From positions 110,629-137,417 of IMG/VR virus record IMGVR_UViG_3300003155_000137: a DNA stretch of 26,789 nucleotides, one strand, 5' to 3'. The stretch is from a virus. Taxonomy: Duplodnaviria; Heunggongvirae; Uroviricota; Caudoviricetes. Positions 22,216 to 26,789 of the stretch are shown here, piece after piece. A program made the position numbers and the translations under genes. How positions within the stretch are numbered: the first letter of the stretch is position 1; the number at the start of each line of letters is the position of its first letter. The notes under the pieces are model-generated. The model was not told the DNA's origin and made no database searches. It was given only the letters and a program-made list of their open reading frames with translations.

Positions 22216-24138
22216 ATGAACGACGAAGAACTCATGAACAAGGGTCCCGTGGTCGAGGACGATGCCGTGGTCAGGACGACCGACAAGAAGGCGGATGAGG
22301 ACGACAGGATAGAGGACATCCGCGTCTCCGACGACGTCACCCCGAACTTCGGCTACCCCACATTCAACAACTCCGGCCCCAGCGAGACGATGGGAAGGAT
22401 AGGCTGGGCCCTCACCGACATCGACGACAGGCTTTCAGAAGTGTCGGGCGACGACATCACCGTCAAGGCCGACAACATCACCGATGCCACCGACACCGGC
22501 AAGGCGCTCATCACCGCGACCGATGCGGAGGCGGCCCGCGAGGCCATCGGCGCGGGGACGTCGGACTTCGACGGCGCGTATGGTTCGCTGACCGGAATCC
22601 CCAGCGAGTTCACCCCGGCGCACCACACCCACGAGATCGCCGACGTGAACGGCCTTCAGGACGCGCTCGACGCCAAGGCGGACCAGAGCGCCCTTGAGGC
22701 GCTGTCCGAGCTTGTCGACGGAAAGGGCGACGCATCGGAGATCACCTCGCAGCTGGACGCCATCAACGCCGCCCTTGAGACGAAGGCCGAGAAGGCCGAT
22801 GTGGATGAGGCGCTCGCCCTGAAGGCCGATTCGGCCACCGTCACGGAGGAGCTGTCGAAGAAGGCCGATAAGGACGCCATGACCGAGGCCCTCGCGCTCA
22901 AGGCCGACACCGCCACCGTGAACGAACAGCTTGCGGCCAAGGCCGATTCGGCGACGGTCACGGAGGAACTCGCCAAGAAGGCGAACACGGCGACGGTGAA
23001 TGAGCAGCTCGCTCTGAAGGCCGACACCGCGACCGTCACCGAGCAGCTCGCCGCGAAGGCCGATGCCGAAGCCCTGACCACCGGTCTCGCCGGAAAGCTG
23101 GACGCCACCGCCAACGCCGTCTCCGCATCCAAGCTGGAGACCGCAAGGACCATAGCGCTGACCGGAGAGGTCACCGGAACCGCTTCGTTCGACGGAACCG
23201 CGGACGTCGCCATCGCGGCTTCGGTCGCCGACGGCGTCATCCCCAATGCATCGACGCTCGAAGGCGTCACCGACACCGGACGCGCCCTGATGACGGCGGA
23301 GTCCGCGTCCGCGGCCGTGGCGACCCTTGGTCTGTCCTCGGTCTACGACTACAAGGGGCAGGTGGCATCCGAGATCGACCTGCCGGAGGACGCCGAGCTG
23401 GGCGACGTGTACAATGTCTCCGACACGGGGATGAACTATGCGTGGAACGGCACACAGTGGGACTCCCTCGGAACCGTGACCACGCTCGCGTCTCTCGGCG
23501 TCACCGCGACAGCGGCCGAGCTGAACTACACCGCTGGTGTGACTGCCCCGATTCAGACTCAGCTTGATGCCAAGGCCGATACCAGCGCCATCCCGACCAT
23601 CCCCGGCAATGCCACCGCATCCAAGGCTGGTCTGATGTCCTCTGAGGACAAGACCAAGCTCGACGGCATGACCAACTACGTTCTGCCTGAGGCCACATCC
23701 GATGTGCTTGGCGGTGTGAAGGTCGGTGCCGGCCTCACTGTCCAGGATGGCAAGCTGACCACATCGAACGAGTCGAGAACGTTCGCCAACCCGGAGGTCA
23801 TCGGTTCTGACGAGACGCTTGACCTTGCGACTGCGACCAACGGCGTCTACTCCATCTCCGGTGGTTCGATAACCGGCCTCACCGACTCGAACGACTCGGC
23901 TGCCGCCCTGGTAATCAATGCCGGTGCAACCCACCCGTCCGCCATCGCATTCGACGGAGCATTCGCCGCCGACAAGGTTCTTCCCGTCTGCCAGGATGGA
24001 ACCACCTGGTTCAAGCTGACAGCTATGGATCGAGCCGAGTTCGTTGCAGATCCTGCCGGCGACACAGTCACCAAGGAGGAGTTCACCGCCCTCCGTGATG
24101 CCCTTGTCACTGCTGGAATCATGAAGCCGCAGGCCTGA
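22216..24138 (+). CDS. Fibre protein, probably a head fibre
   Basis: KAD coiled-coil repeats, ASKLETARTIALTGEVTGTASFDG, GLMSSEDKTKLDG and YVLPEATSDVLGGVKVG. C-terminal EEFTALRDALVTAGIM is typical of head-fibre C-termini. GGAG RBS before 22216. Confidence 0.75.
   Translation: MNDEELMNKGPVVEDDAVVRTTDKKADEDDRIEDIRVSDDVTPNFGYPTFNNSGPSETMGRIGWALTDIDDRLSEVSGDDITVKADNITDATDTGKALITATDAEAAREAIGAGTSDFDGAYGSLTGIPSEFTPAHHTHEIADVNGLQDALDAKADQSALEALSELVDGKGDASEITSQLDAINAALETKAEKADVDEALALKADSATVTEELSKKADKDAMTEALALKADTATVNEQLAAKADSATVTEELAKKANTATVNEQLALKADTATVTEQLAAKADAEALTTGLAGKLDATANAVSASKLETARTIALTGEVTGTASFDGTADVAIAASVADGVIPNASTLEGVTDTGRALMTAESASAAVATLGLSSVYDYKGQVASEIDLPEDAELGDVYNVSDTGMNYAWNGTQWDSLGTVTTLASLGVTATAAELNYTAGVTAPIQTQLDAKADTSAIPTIPGNATASKAGLMSSEDKTKLDGMTNYVLPEATSDVLGGVKVGAGLTVQDGKLTTSNESRTFANPEVIGSDETLDLATATNGVYSISGGSITGLTDSNDSAAALVINAGATHPSAIAFDGAFAADKVLPVCQDGTTWFKLTAMDRAEFVADPAGDTVTKEEFTALRDALVTAGIMKPQA
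22783..23091 (+). repeat. Degenerate 39-nt (13-aa) tandem repeat, about 8 copies
   Basis: ALKADSATVTEEL / ALKADTATVNEQL / AAKADSATVTEEL / ALKADTATVTEQL and similar units. Ends are approximate. Confidence 0.8.
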
Positions 24139-24222
24139 CTCATCCTCTGACATGCGGAGGTCATCCTATCGCAGGCCGGCCTCCGCCCCAACTCACAATC
24201 TATAACATCTAGTGGAGAGCAT

Positions 24223-26712
24223 ATGAGATATACTGAGAACTTTGGTCTTCCTCTCTACGAATACAAGGATGACGCCGATCTGGTCGAGGGGTACAACAAG
24301 ACCGCGCAGTTCATCGACGACTACCTCAGCGAGGCGTCGCATGTGACTCACGGCAACGGCGCTCCCACGGCGACGGGGCAGGAGTCTGAGGGCGACGTCT
24401 ACGTCGACACCGGCGGGGACAGGCCGAGCATCTACGTGTTCGCAACCGACGACGACGGGAACCCGGCATGGATAGAGGTCATCGACTCCAACAGGCCGTC
24501 CAAGTGGTTCACCGGCAACGGCGACCCCGTGAGCGGTCCCGACTATCTTCCGAACGACATGTACCTCGACGTCGACACCGCCAACGTCTGGATGTACGTC
24601 GGCGAGCCGAGCGAGGACCTGACGGTCGACGTCAACGCATCGCCGGTCAGGCTGATGAAGAACGGGGAGATAATCGGCCGTAACTGGTTCTACCGTCAGG
24701 GAAGCACGCACATCAGCATCGAAGGTGCCGTCGGACGCAAGGACTATGAGGGCAATCCGAGCTCAGGCGGAGCCACCGAGAGCGTCAGGCTTCCGATGGC
24801 CGCGTACATCACGCCGTTCTCGGTCTCCGGAAGCGTCGACGTGCCCTACGACCTCTACTATCGCCTGAGCGCCAGGGGCTTCGACTCCGGAAGGCACTTC
24901 GAGCACCACAACGCCGAGGACAAGGCGTACACGTCGGAGGCCGAGGTCGCCATCACAAGGCCGAGCACCTACTCCACCTGCGTGTTCACCATCGACCCCG
25001 GAGACGACGTCTCATGGAGCGGCGAGTTCGACGTCACCACCTACGGCCTCTATCAGGCGTATGACTACGCCAAGATGCTCCAGAACGGAGTCAGGTGGTT
25101 CGACCAGTCGGGACACATCGAGTACACCGAACCGTGGATCTTCATCTGCACGCTCGGAGCCGCGGAGGGGCAGTGCAGGGTCCCGAAGGGCGGAACGGCA
25201 CGGCAGGTGCTCACCAAGGTGTCCGATGCCGACTATGACCTCCAGTGGGACGACGTCCGCGCGCAGGATGTGACCTACGGCGATTCGGATGTGTCGGCGG
25301 CGCTCGACTCCCTCAAGGACGCCGACGGTCAGGCATCCGGCAGAATCGACCTCATCGACGAGCGCGTGAGCAACGTGGAGTCCCGTGTCACCAAGACCGA
25401 GACGGACATCGCCGCGAACACCGAGGGCATAGCCCAGAACAAGGCCGCCATAGCCGAGAATCGCGCCGACATCGACGGCCATTCCGAGACACTCGCCCAG
25501 CACGCCGAGGACATCAGGACCAATGCCGATGGAGTCGCCGCCAACGCGGAAGGCATCACGGCGCTCACCGGTCGCGTCGACGACCATGAGACCAGGATAG
25601 CGGAGAACGCGAAGGGTGTCGCCGACAACAAGGCCGATGTGGCCCAGAACGCGGTCGACATCGCACAGAACGCCGCCGCGATCTCCAAGAACACCACTGA
25701 CATCGCCAACCTGTCCACCAAGACCGACTCGAACTCGGACAAGCTCATCGAGCATGATGGAAGGATCTCGGCCCTGGAGGACCGGGCCGACGCCGACGAC
25801 ACCGCCGACGCCGCACTGGAGGCGAGGGTCACCACCGTCGAGGCCAACGTGAAGGCCAACGCCGACGACATCGACGCGCTTGACACGAGGGTGACCGCGA
25901 ACGAGGGATCGATCCGCACGATGGACGGACGCCTCGACGCCGTGGAGGATGACGTGACCCGCATCGACGGGAACGTCTCCAGACTGACCGATCGCGTCAC
26001 CCAGACCGAGAAGGACGTCATCGCCCTCGACGGCAGGATGGACACGGCCGAGACCGGAATATCCGCCTTGGACGGCAGGGTGACGGCCAACGAGAAGTCC
26101 ATCGAGACGCTGGATGGCAGGATGGATTCGGCCGAGGCCACGATCACCGACCTCGGAAACGACGTGGAGTCGCTCGACGGAAGGGTCACCAAGAACGAGA
26201 CCAACATCAAGGGCAACACCGAGTCCCTGACCTACATCGACACGAGGCTCGACGCCGCCGAGGCGACCGTCACCGACCTGTCCGGAAGGGTCGGGACCAT
26301 CGAGACCGAGGGTGCCAAGCTCCAGCAGGACGTGGCCGACCTCCACAATGAGATCGCCAACGTGAAGACCGGCGACAAGCAGTACTGCATGAGGGCGACG
26401 CTGGACGACTACACCATCAACGTGGCCGTCTACGGAACCAACGCCGAGAACGTCACCGGCATAACGGTCACGAGTATCATCGTCACCGACGGAACCGACG
26501 AGATGCGGCTCCAGCCCATCGGCTCCGGCGAGGTGTATTCGGGCGACGTCAGGTCGTATGTCGAGAACGACAGCGAATCGGTGGCCATCATCGCTAGGTT
26601 CGTCGATTCGGCCGGCGTCAGCAGGGTGCTCTCGCAGGGGGTCATCCTCCCCTCCGACCTCAACGTGGACACGGCGACGGACGAGGAGTTCCGGGCGTAC
26701 TTCAACATCTGA
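24223..26712 (+). CDS. Long coiled-coil fibre protein
   Basis: N-terminal YTENFGLPLYE, two GxGxP...GDxYxDxDT repeats, VPKGGTARQVLTKVSDADYDLQW, and roughly 340 aa of heptads (LDGRVTANE / LDGRMDSAE). Confidence 0.85.
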   Translation: MRYTENFGLPLYEYKDDADLVEGYNKTAQFIDDYLSEASHVTHGNGAPTATGQESEGDVYVDTGGDRPSIYVFATDDDGNPAWIEVIDSNRPSKWFTGNGDPVSGPDYLPNDMYLDVDTANVWMYVGEPSEDLTVDVNASPVRLMKNGEIIGRNWFYRQGSTHISIEGAVGRKDYEGNPSSGGATESVRLPMAAYITPFSVSGSVDVPYDLYYRLSARGFDSGRHFEHHNAEDKAYTSEAEVAITRPSTYSTCVFTIDPGDDVSWSGEFDVTTYGLYQAYDYAKMLQNGVRWFDQSGHIEYTEPWIFICTLGAAEGQCRVPKGGTARQVLTKVSDADYDLQWDDVRAQDVTYGDSDVSAALDSLKDADGQASGRIDLIDERVSNVESRVTKTETDIAANTEGIAQNKAAIAENRADIDGHSETLAQHAEDIRTNADGVAANAEGITALTGRVDDHETRIAENAKGVADNKADVAQNAVDIAQNAAAISKNTTDIANLSTKTDSNSDKLIEHDGRISALEDRADADDTADAALEARVTTVEANVKANADDIDALDTRVTANEGSIRTMDGRLDAVEDDVTRIDGNVSRLTDRVTQTEKDVIALDGRMDTAETGISALDGRVTANEKSIETLDGRMDSAEATITDLGNDVESLDGRVTKNETNIKGNTESLTYIDTRLDAAEATVTDLSGRVGTIETEGAKLQQDVADLHNEIANVKTGDKQYCMRATLDDYTINVAVYGTNAENVTGITVTSIIVTDGTDEMRLQPIGSGEVYSGDVRSYVENDSESVAIIARFVDSAGVSRVLSQGVILPSDLNVDTATDEEFRAYFNI

Positions 26713-26717
26713 TGAAT

Positions 26718-26749
26718 CTTCCCCTCCCCGCAGTGGGGGGGGGGGGGAA
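26718..26749 (+). promoter_or_regulatory. Intergenic hairpin containing a G13 tract
   Basis: TTCCCCTCCCC-GCAGT-G13-AA. G run at 26735-26747. Confidence 0.5.
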
Positions 26750-26766
26750 CCGAAAGGGAAAACGAC

Positions 26767-26789
26767 ATGGCAGCAACAGGAAACGAACT
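26767..26789 (+). CDS. Start of the next gene (truncated)
   Basis: GAAAGGG RBS followed by ATG GCA GCA ACA GGA AAC GAA. Confidence 0.55.

Noticed and set aside
24154-24186. Hairpin GCGGAGGTC/GGCCTCCGC as an intrinsic terminator
   Set aside because: No U tract follows it, so its function cannot be assigned.
1-26789. CRISPR array, diversity-generating retroelement or integrase
   Set aside because: I saw no repeat-spacer array, reverse transcriptase, adenine-variable repeat pair or recombinase motifs in this window.

Overview
This is a fragment of a large, high-GC tailed phage, most likely infecting an Actinomycetota host. A bifidobacterial host is only a guess from tRNA-Ile(UAU) and the style of the TnpB. 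The plus strand carries membrane/lysis-like genes, a fibre with YadA-type repeats, very acidic putative head proteins, a Lar-like gene, and a scaffold / decoration / major capsid operon whose MCP resembles the Bxz1-like mycobacteriophage capsid. A minus-strand accessory block (10.5-22 kb) holds two tandem Vsr/DUF559-GNAT (Hef-like) endonucleases, an RNA ligase plus metallophosphoesterase, an IS605-type element with truncated tnpA and intact tnpB, four tRNAs and an Orn-like exonuclease. The plus strand then resumes with fibre genes. Two things stand out. First, a 962-aa acidic polyprotein is cut into modules by repeated basic R-x-A linkers, and the same motif ends short N-terminal leaders of other acidic proteins, suggesting a capsid-targeting and protease-maturation system. 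Second, two long, highly structured non-coding inserts sit precisely between tRNAs: one with twin UUAGCG hairpins and one with a T-arm plus a 12-bp closing stem. All family calls come from motif recognition by eye; no database searches were run.
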